From a virus (taxonomy: Duplodnaviria > Caudoviricetes), in IMG/VR virus record IMGVR_UViG_3300038477_000063, positions 1 through 33,095 of that record: a stretch of 33,095 bases of DNA; one strand, written 5' to 3'. Below the pieces are notes generated by a model that worked only from the letters and a program-made list of their open reading frames with translations, was not told the origin of the DNA and made no database searches. The position numbers were made by a program, and so were the translations under genes. This document shows, piece by piece, positions 1 through 7,629 of the stretch; within the stretch, counting starts at the first letter, position 1; each line of letters begins with the position of its first letter.

Positions 1-804
1 ATGGAACGATTCGAAGAGTTTCTAGAGGAACGAAAATACCTCTTGAACGTGTCCCACAAGACTCTAGTCTACTACAACTGCGCCTTCCAGTCGTGGCGAA
101 AGCACGGCGGCGAGCCAAAACAATGGGTCATCAACCTGCGTAACGCCGGAATCTCACCCGTCTCGGTCAACACCTACATTTGCGCAATGAACGCGTACTG
201 GAAATGGGCCGGGGAAGACAGACACCTGAACTATCTAAGAGAAGAGCAGAAAATCCTAGCGACGTTTTCCGCGGAGCAAATCCATCGGCTTATACACTGG
301 AAGCCCGTCGGCCGTAATCAGGCTCGGGCTCACATCATCGCCGTCGCAGCCCTCGACAGCGGCCTGCGGATAAGTGAGCTGCTTGGCCTGACGCGCCAAG
401 ACGTGGACTTCGACAACCTGATTCTTCGCGTCAAGGGAAAGGGCAACAAACATCGACTCGTACCAATGAGCGTTGAGCTGCGCAAGGCCCTCTACCGGCA
501 TCTCGCTCAGCACGAGCATACGCGGGTGTTTTGCACGCGCACCGGCACGCCGCTGTCCGTTCGGAACTCGGAACGAGATTTTAAGGTCGTGTGCCGGCAA
601 GCCGGCATTATCGGGGTGAGAACGAGTTGGCATACGTTGAGACATTCGTTTGCGGTTAATTATTTGCGGGCTGGCGGAAACCTGTACTACCTTCAGCGGA
701 TTCTGGGGCACTCCTCCATCACCACGACGGAGCGGTACCTACGGAGCCTGGGGATTGAGGATTTGCAAAAGGTACACGATGGGTTATCATTGCTGTCAAG
801 ATGA
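1..804 (+). CDS. int: Tyrosine recombinase/integrase (XerC/D-like, no arm-binding domain)
   Basis: Catalytic motifs SGLRISE (R), KGKGNK (K), HTLRHSF (HxxR), LGHSS (H), TERY (Y); 267 aa. Confidence 0.95.
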   Translation: MERFEEFLEERKYLLNVSHKTLVYYNCAFQSWRKHGGEPKQWVINLRNAGISPVSVNTYICAMNAYWKWAGEDRHLNYLREEQKILATFSAEQIHRLIHWKPVGRNQARAHIIAVAALDSGLRISELLGLTRQDVDFDNLILRVKGKGNKHRLVPMSVELRKALYRHLAQHEHTRVFCTRTGTPLSVRNSERDFKVVCRQAGIIGVRTSWHTLRHSFAVNYLRAGGNLYYLQRILGHSSITTTERYLRSLGIEDLQKVHDGLSLLSR

Positions 805-1271
805 AGCCGGAAAACTGGATTGGCATTGCTCAAATCGTAATTACGATAATAGGCATGGTCATCGCACCGTTGATTGCCGTACGTCTCTCAATTCGACAAT
901 TTCGCTCTACCAAGTCTTGGGAGAAAGCTACGGAAGCATACTCAGCGATTCTTGCCCAATTGGCAATCGTAAAACACACGAACCGCCGATACTATGAGCA
1001 CTTCCTGAATACCGCGCCGATGGATGAAAGAGAGCGTGGGGAATTAAGTAAGGAGTATCAAGATGCACTAAAAACATTAGAACGCTTAAGCATATCTCAA
1101 ATGTTGTTTATTTCGGGTCAAGCGTCAAAGGCTATTCAGATACTAGTGCAATGCATTGAAACGGCAACTGAAGGTAATGACATAGTTAAAGAACTGGAAA
1201 AGCAGAGTGGCTCGATAACTGATTGTATTGCGTCCGTTACTTGCTCTGCTCCAAAACAACACATAACTTGA
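801..1271 (+). CDS. Hypothetical protein with N-terminal transmembrane helix
   Basis: ATGA overlap with the integrase stop; hydrophobic WIGIAQIVITIIGMVIAPLIAV followed by a helical region. Confidence 0.75.
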   Translation: MKPENWIGIAQIVITIIGMVIAPLIAVRLSIRQFRSTKSWEKATEAYSAILAQLAIVKHTNRRYYEHFLNTAPMDERERGELSKEYQDALKTLERLSISQMLFISGQASKAIQILVQCIETATEGNDIVKELEKQSGSITDCIASVTCSAPKQHIT

Positions 1272-1650
1272 CCAAAACATCGTCAATAGAAGAGGCCACA
1301 AACGCCAGTCCCCCAGCATCATTAATTGTGTCAATGAACTGCTTCTGCTCGGATGTCGGCTTTCCCCCGGGCCTCTTCACCTCAATCGCCAAAAAGCGGC
1401 CGGTCTTCGGAATGCAACCAATAATGTCTGAGACGCCGCGCGTGTGCGTGGGGATGTAGCTACCATCCGGCTTTCGGATACCGGCGTTCTGGTGCTTGTA
1501 ACACGGGATGCCGCGAAAGCGGAGGTAGTCGAGGATTTGCTTTTGGATATGCTGTTCGAGAATAGGCTTTGGGTTTAGTTGCTCACCCCTGCCTCTCGGC
1601 AAGGGTCGGAAACTAAGCGATTTTGTCGGGTACGCCGCCAGGTTGAGCAA
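1237..1650 (-). CDS. VRR-NUC domain nuclease (Holliday-junction resolvase-like)
   Basis: E..IQKQILDYL ... GVSDII ... FLAIEVKRPGGKPTSEQKQF ... GGLAFVASS is the typical VRR-NUC pattern. TTG start uncertain. Confidence 0.9.
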   Translation of the reverse strand: MLNLAAYPTKSLSFRPLPRGRGEQLNPKPILEQHIQKQILDYLRFRGIPCYKHQNAGIRKPDGSYIPTHTRGVSDIIGCIPKTGRFLAIEVKRPGGKPTSEQKQFIDTINDAGGLAFVASSIDDVLVKLCVVLEQSK

Positions 1651-1906
1651 TGGGCGTTCCGGGCACCAATCTTGCTGCCTGGTCCTTCTGAAACGGCATC
1701 CAGTCCCATTGGCCAGGCGCTTCGCCTTGAGTCACTTTAAGTTCGAAACGCAGGCCAGTGTCTCCGAAACAGACGAGGTTCACCGTGCCCTCTGGAGACA
1801 CATTCGTGATGATAGCCGCAAAGTTTGTCGGCGGATAAACACCATCGGCACTTCCACGGGTCTTAAAATAAACGACTCTTCCTACCGTTGGGGTAATATT
1901 ACCCAT
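1613..1906 (-). CDS. Conserved phage hypothetical protein
   Basis: PTVGRVVYF...AAIITNV...VNLVCF...W.WMP.Q pattern; ATG at 1906 preceded by GAAAGGA. Confidence 0.8.
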   Translation of the reverse strand: MGNITPTVGRVVYFKTRGSADGVYPPTNFAAIITNVSPEGTVNLVCFGDTGLRFELKVTQGEAPGQWDWMPFQKDQAARLVPGTPIAQPGGVPDKIA

Positions 1907-1957
1907 AAACTGTTCCTTTCGCGCCACTTCGGGCGCTTAATTTGTTAAACTCTACCC

Positions 1958-2158
1958 ATGAGTCAATTTGAGTATTTGGTGTCCGATTTATACCTCTTTG
2001 GCCATGAAGACTTCAGCACAGGATGGCAGGAGTTCATGAACGAGCGTGGCCGTGAAGGATGGGAACTCATATGCACCACTCACAGGACGGTTCCTTGGGA
2101 CGACCACAGCGTTCCCGGCGACCACTATGGCCTGATATTCAAGCGTCCTAAACCGTAA
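1958..2158 (+). CDS. DUF4177-like small protein, probably leaderless
   Basis: FEYLV...MNERGREGWELI...LIFKRP motif; TGTTAAACT extended -10 ends 6 nt before the ATG. Confidence 0.7.
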   Translation: MSQFEYLVSDLYLFGHEDFSTGWQEFMNERGREGWELICTTHRTVPWDDHSVPGDHYGLIFKRPKP

Positions 2159-2540
2159 CCTCTCCGGGCAACGGAATGTTGAGCCCGAGGAACTCGCTCC
2201 CCCACACCCTGCACCGCTCGGTGTATTCAACAAAAGCCAGAGTGTCGAGGCGGGTGGTGCTGGTCGGAATGGCCTTATCGCCCAAATGCCACTTCGGACT
2301 GAACATCGTCTTGAGCGCTTCGTGAATCTGCTCCGGGTCGTGGCCGATGTGCTGGGCGATGAGCTTCACTATTACGCCCCAGTAGTAGCGGTTCTGCCCA
2401 TTCGTGCGGCTGTGCTTCAACTTTTCAACCGTCACCTGCACTTGCTTGCCGTTCAGGCCGGCGAGGTGCTGCTTAAACTGCTCGCTCTTGTTGAGGAGAA
2501 GTTTGCCGTCGCGGATTGTGCCATCAAAGATGGGGGTCAT
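2148..2540 (-). CDS. NinB/YbcN-like phage recombination protein
   Basis: RTNGQNRYYWGV...IHEALK...STTRL...F..Y.E....W....G..IP.P pattern. Confidence 0.75.
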   Translation of the reverse strand: MTPIFDGTIRDGKLLLNKSEQFKQHLAGLNGKQVQVTVEKLKHSRTNGQNRYYWGVIVKLIAQHIGHDPEQIHEALKTMFSPKWHLGDKAIPTSTTRLDTLAFVEYTERCRVWGSEFLGLNIPLPGEVTV

Positions 2541-2737
2541 ACAGCTTTGCCGGCCTTTAATAATTTTAGATATTCATGCCAGGACCTCAGTGCTTCCTCG
2601 GTTCGCGCTTCAATCGCGCGGTGTGCCTGCTTTTGATACTTTGCCTCCAGCTCGGCGCGTTTTATCCTGCGTTCGGTTTTATCAATCTTCTTCTGAAGCC
2701 AATCCTTTAGCTTCTGATGTCTGCTGTTCTTGAACAT
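2537..2737 (-). CDS. Small basic coiled-coil hypothetical protein
   Basis: Translationally coupled on both sides (TAATG upstream, ATGA downstream). Confidence 0.7.
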   Translation of the reverse strand: MFKNSRHQKLKDWLQKKIDKTERRIKRAELEAKYQKQAHRAIEARTEEALRSWHEYLKLLKAGKAV

Positions 2738-3237
2738 TATTGTTGCGTTAATTGTTTAGCTACCAGCCAAAACGGCTGGCTGTTCTCTTTGCACACTCTC
2801 CAATCCAACAACATCCCTCGGTTGTCGGCCTGGTCACCTCCTACCAAATGCTTGAAGCGATACTGCTCGGCAAAGGTTCCGTCGCCGCGCGAGATGCGGT
2901 CTTTGGCGTTATAGAGAGCTTTCAAGCGTTCAACGTCGAAGACATCAAGTAACAGGCGGCCGATAACAACCTTGCTGGCTTTGGTATTGCGGAGGGTCTT
3001 TTCTTCGATGAACACGCGGCCGGTAATGCCGCTCTGCCAGTCCATCTTCACTTCCAGGAAAGTCTCCTGGCCTTGTGGGCCGGCGTAGATGTCATAGTCC
3101 TCGCGCCGCGGGTCGTCTGTGCCGGAGTGCGGATTGTAGCCGACTGGAATGTTCAGGCCGTGGAGGTGATAGGCTATGAGGATTTCTAGAGGGGCGCCGC
3201 GCTGGTCGCGGTCGAAGAGGAATTTGTTCGTAGGAGT
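2737..3237 (-). CDS. PD-(D/E)xK-family nuclease; frame extends upstream of the listed GTG and has no canonical start
   Basis: Frame is open from 3237: TPTNKFLFDRDQRGAPLEILIAYHL...EDYDIY...FLEVKMDWQSGITGRVFIE. The D...EVK motif lies upstream of and across the listed start at 3051. Confidence 0.6.
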   Translation of the reverse strand, partial: TPTNKFLFDRDQRGAPLEILIAYHLHGLNIPVGYNPHSGTDDPRREDYDIYAGPQGQETFLEVKMDWQSGITGRVFIEEKTLRNTKASKVVIGRLLLDVFDVERLKALYNAKDRISRGDGTFAEQYRFKHLVGGDQADNRGMLLDWRVCKENSQPFWLVAKQLTQQ

Positions 3238-3258
3238 TCAGGTTAATTGTCTACCTTA

Positions 3259-3324
3259 AGTTTATCAGACTAAAAAGTGGCGTCAACTGGCTTAGGTATG
3301 CGGAGTGTGATGGGGTTATCCACA
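3259..3324 (-). promoter_or_regulatory. Sigma70 promoter with upstream DnaA box
   Basis: TTATCCACA at 3316-3324; minus-strand TTGACG (3286-3281), 16 nt, TGa-TAAACT (3264-3259). Confidence 0.7.
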
Positions 3325-3326
3325 AC

Positions 3327-3828
3327 TTAATTAGTCATAAATGGACTAGCGAATTGGCTAAATTGCTGGATACTGGTGCACTTCGCACCACTAACTTCAC
3401 ATTGATAGAGTCGCTCTTCAGAGCTAAATTTGGGACCAATGCTGATATCAGTATAAAGGGAGAACGTTCCATATTCGTCCCGCTGATAGGCATCGACCAA
3501 TTTAATAAGGTTATACCACGAACCCGTCTTGCTATACTTGTCCGTATAGTGCCACTCAACCATCACGAAGCATTTGCCAAGCGGTTTGTTATAGTGGCTA
3601 TGGTGATCTAGTAATATCGTAGAACTATCCGCCGAAAACTCCTCCTGGAAATACTGTTTGGCCGCATTCGCGCATTTCCCTTGTGTATCCAAGTCAATAA
3701 TCTGTTTCTGTTTATCAAGCTCAGTGCGCAGATCTTTGTTCGCTTTCTCTAACTGAGCCACCTTATCTTGGTCACAAGCAGTTGCGAGAATCGCGGTCAC
3801 CACTAAGAAAAGCCGCAAGACCACCATG
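3327..3828 (-). CDS. Lipoprotein (accessory/moron; possible superinfection exclusion)
   Basis: MVVLRLFLVVTAILATAC signal peptide with lipobox-like Cys, short coiled coil, further Cys residues; TGcTAAAAT just upstream of the ATG. Function is inferred. Confidence 0.7.
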
Positions 3829-3921
3829 ATGCCGTGAATTTTAGCACCGCGCCGTTCAGAACACAATAAGACCTTTTCACCCCGTCAAATGCCCGGTGTG
3901 ATTCAAGGAAAACCTATATTT

Positions 3922-4137
3922 TTCGCCGCCGAGCGGTTTGGTTGCAAGCAGTCGGGGCGTCCCCTTTGCGTGTCCCGAATTGTTGTCTGCTCAACTGTGC
4001 CGCGTTCTCCCGGATCAGGTGCAGATGACGGTCCCCCGTTGTCAGGTCTGGGACAGAGCGGGGACTGAATCTGCATCCGATGCCGGTTTCAGCCGAAGTT
4101 GTTTGGCCGGATCTACTGATAGCCGGCTGGTGGCGAA
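3922..4137 (+). ncRNA. Candidate structured ncRNA or ssDNA structure (~215 nt, multi-branched)
   Basis: Closing stem 3922-3930/4129-4137; stems 3953-3959/3971-3977, 4010-4016/4079-4086, 4018-4026/4069-4077, 4031-4036/4060-4065. Wobbles are G-U on the + strand. No convincing ORF. Confidence 0.45.
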
Positions 4138-4173
4138 TTATACAAAACAAAAACCCGCTCGCTCGCGCTCCGG

Positions 4174-4350
4174 CTATTGAGCCGTTGCCAGTGAGGGGGT
4201 TGCTGTTCTGTTCATAAATTGTAGCGCCGCTTCCACAGCCTCCTCTTGGCTACCCCAAGAGAACTTCTGCCCGCACACGCTGCAAACGTCGGTATCGAAA
4301 TTGGCGGGAGCGAGTGATGTTGAACATTTTATGCAGAGGAGGTCTGACAT
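4174..4350 (-). CDS. 58-aa zinc-ribbon protein (not in ORF track)
   Basis: MSDLLCIKCSTSLAPANFDTDVCSVCGQKFSW...: CxxC...CxxC; A/C-rich leader; downstream of a TTGACA-17-TACACT promoter. Confidence 0.6.
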   Translation of the reverse strand: MSDLLCIKCSTSLAPANFDTDVCSVCGQKFSWGSQEEAVEAALQFMNRTATPSLATAQ

Positions 4351-4426
4351 TTGGTTTTTGGCTGACGATGTTGGTTAATATGACATTTTCGGCATAACCA
4401 GACTACCTTGAGGGGCTTACTATAAT

Positions 4427-4506
4427 AAAAAACCCTTTACCTTGTTGTTGGCCGACTCTGCGGAGCAAAGCCAACCCCAAGATAGAGGGTTCTTATCCGC
4501 AGAGTC
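4427..4506 (-). promoter_or_regulatory. Leader with terminator-like hairpin whose loop is complementary to the upstream leader (attenuator/pseudoknot)
   Basis: Stem 4470-4491/4431-4452 followed by a U-tract on the minus strand; perfect 11-bp complement 4496-4506/4454-4464. Confidence 0.6.
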
Positions 4507-4522
4507 TTAACTTATAAGGTGA

Positions 4523-4551
4523 AGTGTAGTAAAGAAATACTGTTTTGTCAA
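4523..4551 (-). promoter_or_regulatory. Leftward sigma70 promoter
   Basis: TTGACA (4551-4546), 17 nt, TACACT (4528-4523). Confidence 0.75.
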
Positions 4552-4559
4552 AACCACTC

Positions 4560-4636
4560 TGTGGATAACTTCGCACAATATCGCCAAACCTCAATGTTTC
4601 CGCTATCTTGCGCCATATTAACCAAACGGCTAAAAT
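4560..4636 (+). promoter_or_regulatory. Early promoter cassette A (DnaA box + conserved box + promoter)
   Basis: TGTGGATAA 4560-4568; CCTCAATGTTTcCGCTATC; TTGCGC, 17 nt, TAAAAT. 42/51 identical to 30777-30827. Confidence 0.75.
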
Positions 4637-4681
4637 AACCATACAAAAGTCGAAGACTTTAACAAACCAAACCTAACAACA

Positions 4682-5101
4682 ATGCAAGCCGAAGTTAAAG
4701 AGCTTGTGGAGTTGCGCCGCCAAATCGCGGAGTACGATGAAGCCTACGAAAAGGCCACTACCCCGCTAAAGGCAAAGCGCGACGCTCTACAACTCAAAAT
4801 AACCGAGGAGCTCAAGAAGGCCGGTGTGTTATCCCAGCGCTTCCAAGAGGCCACGGTTACGCGGGCAGTCCGCAAGACTGTCCAGGTGTTCGATGAAACC
4901 AAAGCCGTCGCCGCGCTGAAAGCGAAAGGACTGACGGACTATGTTTCCGAGACCATCAATAAACTTTTCTGGGACGGCGCCGCCAAAGAGATTGCCAAGC
5001 AAGGCAAAACCGACATTGACGGGCTGGTCATCCAGGAAAAGGAATACCTGTCTATTCGCGAGAGCGATAAACAGGAACGAAGAAAAGTAACGACTGATTA
5101 A
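4682..5101 (+). CDS. Gp157/Gam-like coiled-coil phage protein
   Basis: N-terminal coiled coil, TVQVFD, and C-terminal IDGLVIQEKEYLSIR similar to Gp157/Gam-type ends. Family uncertain. Confidence 0.6.
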   Translation: MQAEVKELVELRRQIAEYDEAYEKATTPLKAKRDALQLKITEELKKAGVLSQRFQEATVTRAVRKTVQVFDETKAVAALKAKGLTDYVSETINKLFWDGAAKEIAKQGKTDIDGLVIQEKEYLSIRESDKQERRKVTTD

Positions 5102-5115
5102 CTAATTAAGCACCA

Positions 5116-5622
5116 ATGAAAACTTTAAAACTGACTGCTGATGATTTTAAGCAGTCTGACAGTTACTGGAAAGACTACATCGGCACAGAAGATGTTGCTG
5201 ACTTTAGGGGAAATATTGAAATAGCCGGTCAACTTGGTTATGTTCGTTTTACTTCTCTTAAGGCCGAAGGCTACATAGTAGCCGAGGCCGGTTCGGGCAT
5301 TGAGGCCGGTTGGGGCATTGAGGCCGGTGAGGGCATTAAGGCCGGTGAGGGCATTAAGGCCGGTTGGGGCATTGAGGCCGGTTCGGGCATTAAGGCCGGT
5401 TCGGGCATTGAGGCCGGTTGGGGCATTGAGGCCGGTTGGGGCATTGAGGCCGGTTTATCGATTACTTGTAAGCTTGTGCTGAAGTTTAACTATCGGCTAT
5501 TCGCTGGTTTGGCTATTTGGAAAAAGACAGTATTAGACGAAGAAAAGACTGTCACTTGCGGCGAACTGAAGGGTGGAACGGTAGAGTATGGAATAGTCAA
5601 AGAATTGGGTATCAAGAAATAA
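5116..5622 (+). CDS. Hexapeptide-repeat (GI[E/K]AG[W/E/S]) beta-helix-like protein
   Basis: Nine full and one partial 6-aa repeats in a 168-aa ORF. Confidence 0.8.
   Translation: MKTLKLTADDFKQSDSYWKDYIGTEDVADFRGNIEIAGQLGYVRFTSLKAEGYIVAEAGSGIEAGWGIEAGEGIKAGEGIKAGWGIEAGSGIKAGSGIEAGWGIEAGWGIEAGLSITCKLVLKFNYRLFAGLAIWKKTVLDEEKTVTCGELKGGTVEYGIVKELGIKK
5296..5457 (+). repeat. 18-bp coding tandem repeat x9
   Basis: Unit GGCATT(G/A)AGGCCGGT(TGG/GAG/TCG/TTA), no spacers. Confidence 0.97.
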
Positions 5623-5653
5623 CGCCGCCTCCGCGGCAGAAATTATCAATCGT

Positions 5654-6250
5654 ATGCCATTATCAGAAACTACCGAGATGAAGGTGCCGGAGAAGAAAGA
5701 CTGGCCCCTCATCCCCGAAGACGTCTACCAAGTCGAGATTACGGACATCGCCGAGGACGTCTCCGAATTCAAGGGCGAGAAAAAGGAAGTGTTCAAGTTT
5801 GAGTTCACGCTCATCGAGCCCGGCCCTCACTACGGCCGCAAGTTGTGGAGGCGCGGCGTGCGCACTTCACCGATTCCTTACAAGAGCGGCAAGAACCCGT
5901 TGACGTGGAAGGTCGCCTCGGCGGTCGCCAAACATCCCCTCACCGAAGAGGAAGGCAAGGCCTACACCATTGCCATGATGAACGGCCTAATCGGCAAGCA
6001 GTTGCGCGTCACGGTGTCGGTTTCCGAACCGAAGTCAGACGGCAAGCAGCACAACAACATCGATAGCTTCATGATGGCTAAGCAGGTACTGCCGCCGTTC
6101 GACGAAAAGAAAGTGCCGCACGACAACCTGCCGGCTGCGGCCCCGGCAAAGCCGACTCCGGCTCAAATCGTGGAGCAGGCCGGCGTCAGCAGGCTCTCGC
6201 CGGAAGATATTGAGTTCGGCGAAATGGACGAAGCCGATATTCCCCTTTGA
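5654..6250 (+). CDS. Phage single-stranded DNA-binding protein (DUF669-like OB fold)
   Basis: LIPEDVYQVEITDI...FKFEF...GRKLW...LIGKQLRVTV, Pro/Ala linker, acidic SSB-type tail EMDEADIPL. Confidence 0.75.
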   Translation: MPLSETTEMKVPEKKDWPLIPEDVYQVEITDIAEDVSEFKGEKKEVFKFEFTLIEPGPHYGRKLWRRGVRTSPIPYKSGKNPLTWKVASAVAKHPLTEEEGKAYTIAMMNGLIGKQLRVTVSVSEPKSDGKQHNNIDSFMMAKQVLPPFDEKKVPHDNLPAAAPAKPTPAQIVEQAGVSRLSPEDIEFGEMDEADIPL

Positions 6251-6295
6251 TAATTCATCACCCAGCCTGGAGGGGGCTGGGTTTGCAAAACCAAA

Positions 6296-6685
6296 ATGCC
6301 GTTAAGACAACGCCGCTGCCACACTCCAAACTGCCTCAATTATTTCCTGTCCACAAACAACTATCGTCGTTTTTGCGACCCGTGCCGCGTCGCTCGGACT
6401 ACTGCTCGCAATGAACGGTACGCCAAATCTCCCAAGGGCCGCAAACGGAACCGCAACTACCAAAAGCTCTATTACGAGAGGCACCTGGATAGCCTGAGGG
6501 CGTACAAGGCCGAATGGATGAGGCGGAAAAGAGCCGGGCTGCCGACGGCTGGTGTAAACCCACGGGTCCAGCCCCAAAAACCCGTCCTAGAGGCAGTTGG
6601 GCGCTACAAAAAGTGTTTCAAATGTGCCTATCAAATGAACAAGGAATGGACACTTTGTCCGCGGTGCGGATGGCAAGATAAATAA
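6296..6685 (+). CDS. Basic double zinc-ribbon protein
   Basis: CHTPNC...CDPC at the N-terminus and CFKC...CPRC at the C-terminus, joined by an Arg/Lys-rich helix. Confidence 0.7.
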   Translation: MPLRQRRCHTPNCLNYFLSTNNYRRFCDPCRVARTTARNERYAKSPKGRKRNRNYQKLYYERHLDSLRAYKAEWMRRKRAGLPTAGVNPRVQPQKPVLEAVGRYKKCFKCAYQMNKEWTLCPRCGWQDK

Positions 6686-6688
6686 GAG

Positions 6689-6726
6689 AAGCCGGTCAAA
6701 CCCTTACTGAGTCTGACCGGCTTTTT
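6689..6726 (+). terminator. Intrinsic terminator between convergent genes
   Basis: AAGCCGGTCA...TGACCGGCTT followed by TTT. Confidence 0.8.
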
Positions 6727-6728
6727 GA

Positions 6729-7103
6729 TTACGCCTTTTTCAGGCCGAACGCTTCCAGCTCTTTGGCTGTGAACGGCTTCTTGCTCTCGCCCTGGGCGCG
6801 ATGTTTGCGCGCATCGTGGTTGGGCGTCGTCAAGAAATTGCAGACGGAGCACGGCTTGGTCGGATCAACTGCTCCGGCGCCGGCCCTGGTTCCCCGTTTC
6901 CTCGGCGCGGCGTCGCCTTCCACAAGCCGATAGGCAAAGCCCAAGCTGTTTAGGTCCGCGACAGCGGTCTCGGCTTTTGCCAGGGCTTCCTTCTTGGCAT
7001 TGTCGAGCAAAGCCGCGCGTTGTTCGTCCAACTTCTTTAGCTGTTCAAGTACAGTCATTCTTCGTACCTCGGGTTTGGGTGATTGCGTTGTGTCGTTTGC
7101 CAT
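6729..7103 (-). CDS. H-NS-like coiled-coil protein with C-terminal CxxC-H-H domain
   Basis: LEQLKKLDEQRAALLDNAKKEAL...LNSLGF, basic linker PRKRGTR, CSVC...HDARKH; SD AAAGGAG. Confidence 0.65.
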   Translation of the reverse strand: MANDTTQSPKPEVRRMTVLEQLKKLDEQRAALLDNAKKEALAKAETAVADLNSLGFAYRLVEGDAAPRKRGTRAGAGAVDPTKPCSVCNFLTTPNHDARKHRAQGESKKPFTAKELEAFGLKKA

Positions 7104-7184
7104 TGTTCCATACTCCTTTACTGAAAGTAAAGCCCTCAGAATACCGAGGGCTTGTAAAGCTGCCCATTGCGGGCTTGGCGGGGT

Positions 7185-7343
7185 TTAGGTAGCGGAGGTG
7201 TGGCGGAGATTGGTGATTTGGGTGAGAGGTTGGTTTTTCAAGTGGCAGCACTTGATTCGGCGACAGTATCTTTTGACTTTCTGTTTGCCGAATGTTGGCT
7301 TGTGAAGTTCGCAGTAATACAATATCCGATTGATTACCGGCAT
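7185..7343 (-). CDS. 52-aa Cys/His-rich basic mini-protein (not in ORF track)
   Basis: Strong SD AAAGGAGG; MPVINRILYYCELHKPTFGKQKVKRYCRRIKCCHL... Confidence 0.55.
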   Translation of the reverse strand: MPVINRILYYCELHKPTFGKQKVKRYCRRIKCCHLKNQPLTQITNLRHTSAT

Positions 7344-7473
7344 ACCCAGTCCTCCTTTGGTTTGAACTGGGGAGGGGAGCCAACTTTTAGACCGGCGGTC
7401 GATATGTTCCGGGTTTGGCTCCTTTCCCTAGGTCGGGACTAAAAGTCCCGCCACAGGGGCAATTACTTCACTT

Positions 7474-7629
7474 TTACGGGCATTTATTGAAGTGGTCGAA
7501 TGGACCTCTAAGCAGCGCTCCACATTTCTTGCAGCGCAAAGGCGGCTCATGCTCCCACATGTGCTCTTTCATCCGGCTGGCTCTGACTGTCCGGCGGCAG
7601 ATTTTGCATGGGATCTTTGGGCCACTCAT
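7474..7629 (-). CDS. 51-aa double zinc-finger mini-protein (not in ORF track)
   Basis: CKIC-x11-H-x3-H (C2H2) followed by CKKC-x9-H-x3-C. Confidence 0.6.
   Translation of the reverse strand: MSGPKIPCKICRRTVRASRMKEHMWEHEPPLRCKKCGALLRGPFDHFNKCP

Noticed and set aside
256-997. ORFs 256-711 (-) and 650-997 (+)
   Set aside because: Shadows of the integrase and its coupled gene.
4040-4065. Bona fide SRP RNA
   Set aside because: The GNRA-capped helix and AGCAG are imperfect; kept only as a loose resemblance.
3914-4180. ORFs 3914-4150 (-) and 3938-4180 (+)
   Set aside because: TTG-type starts, no RBS, unprotein-like composition; nested base pairing explains the region better.
5296-5457. CRISPR array
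   Set aside because: Contiguous 18-bp units with no spacers, in frame within a gene; no cas genes.
5300-5482. ORF MRPVGALRPV...
   Set aside because: Alternative-frame shadow of the tandem repeat.
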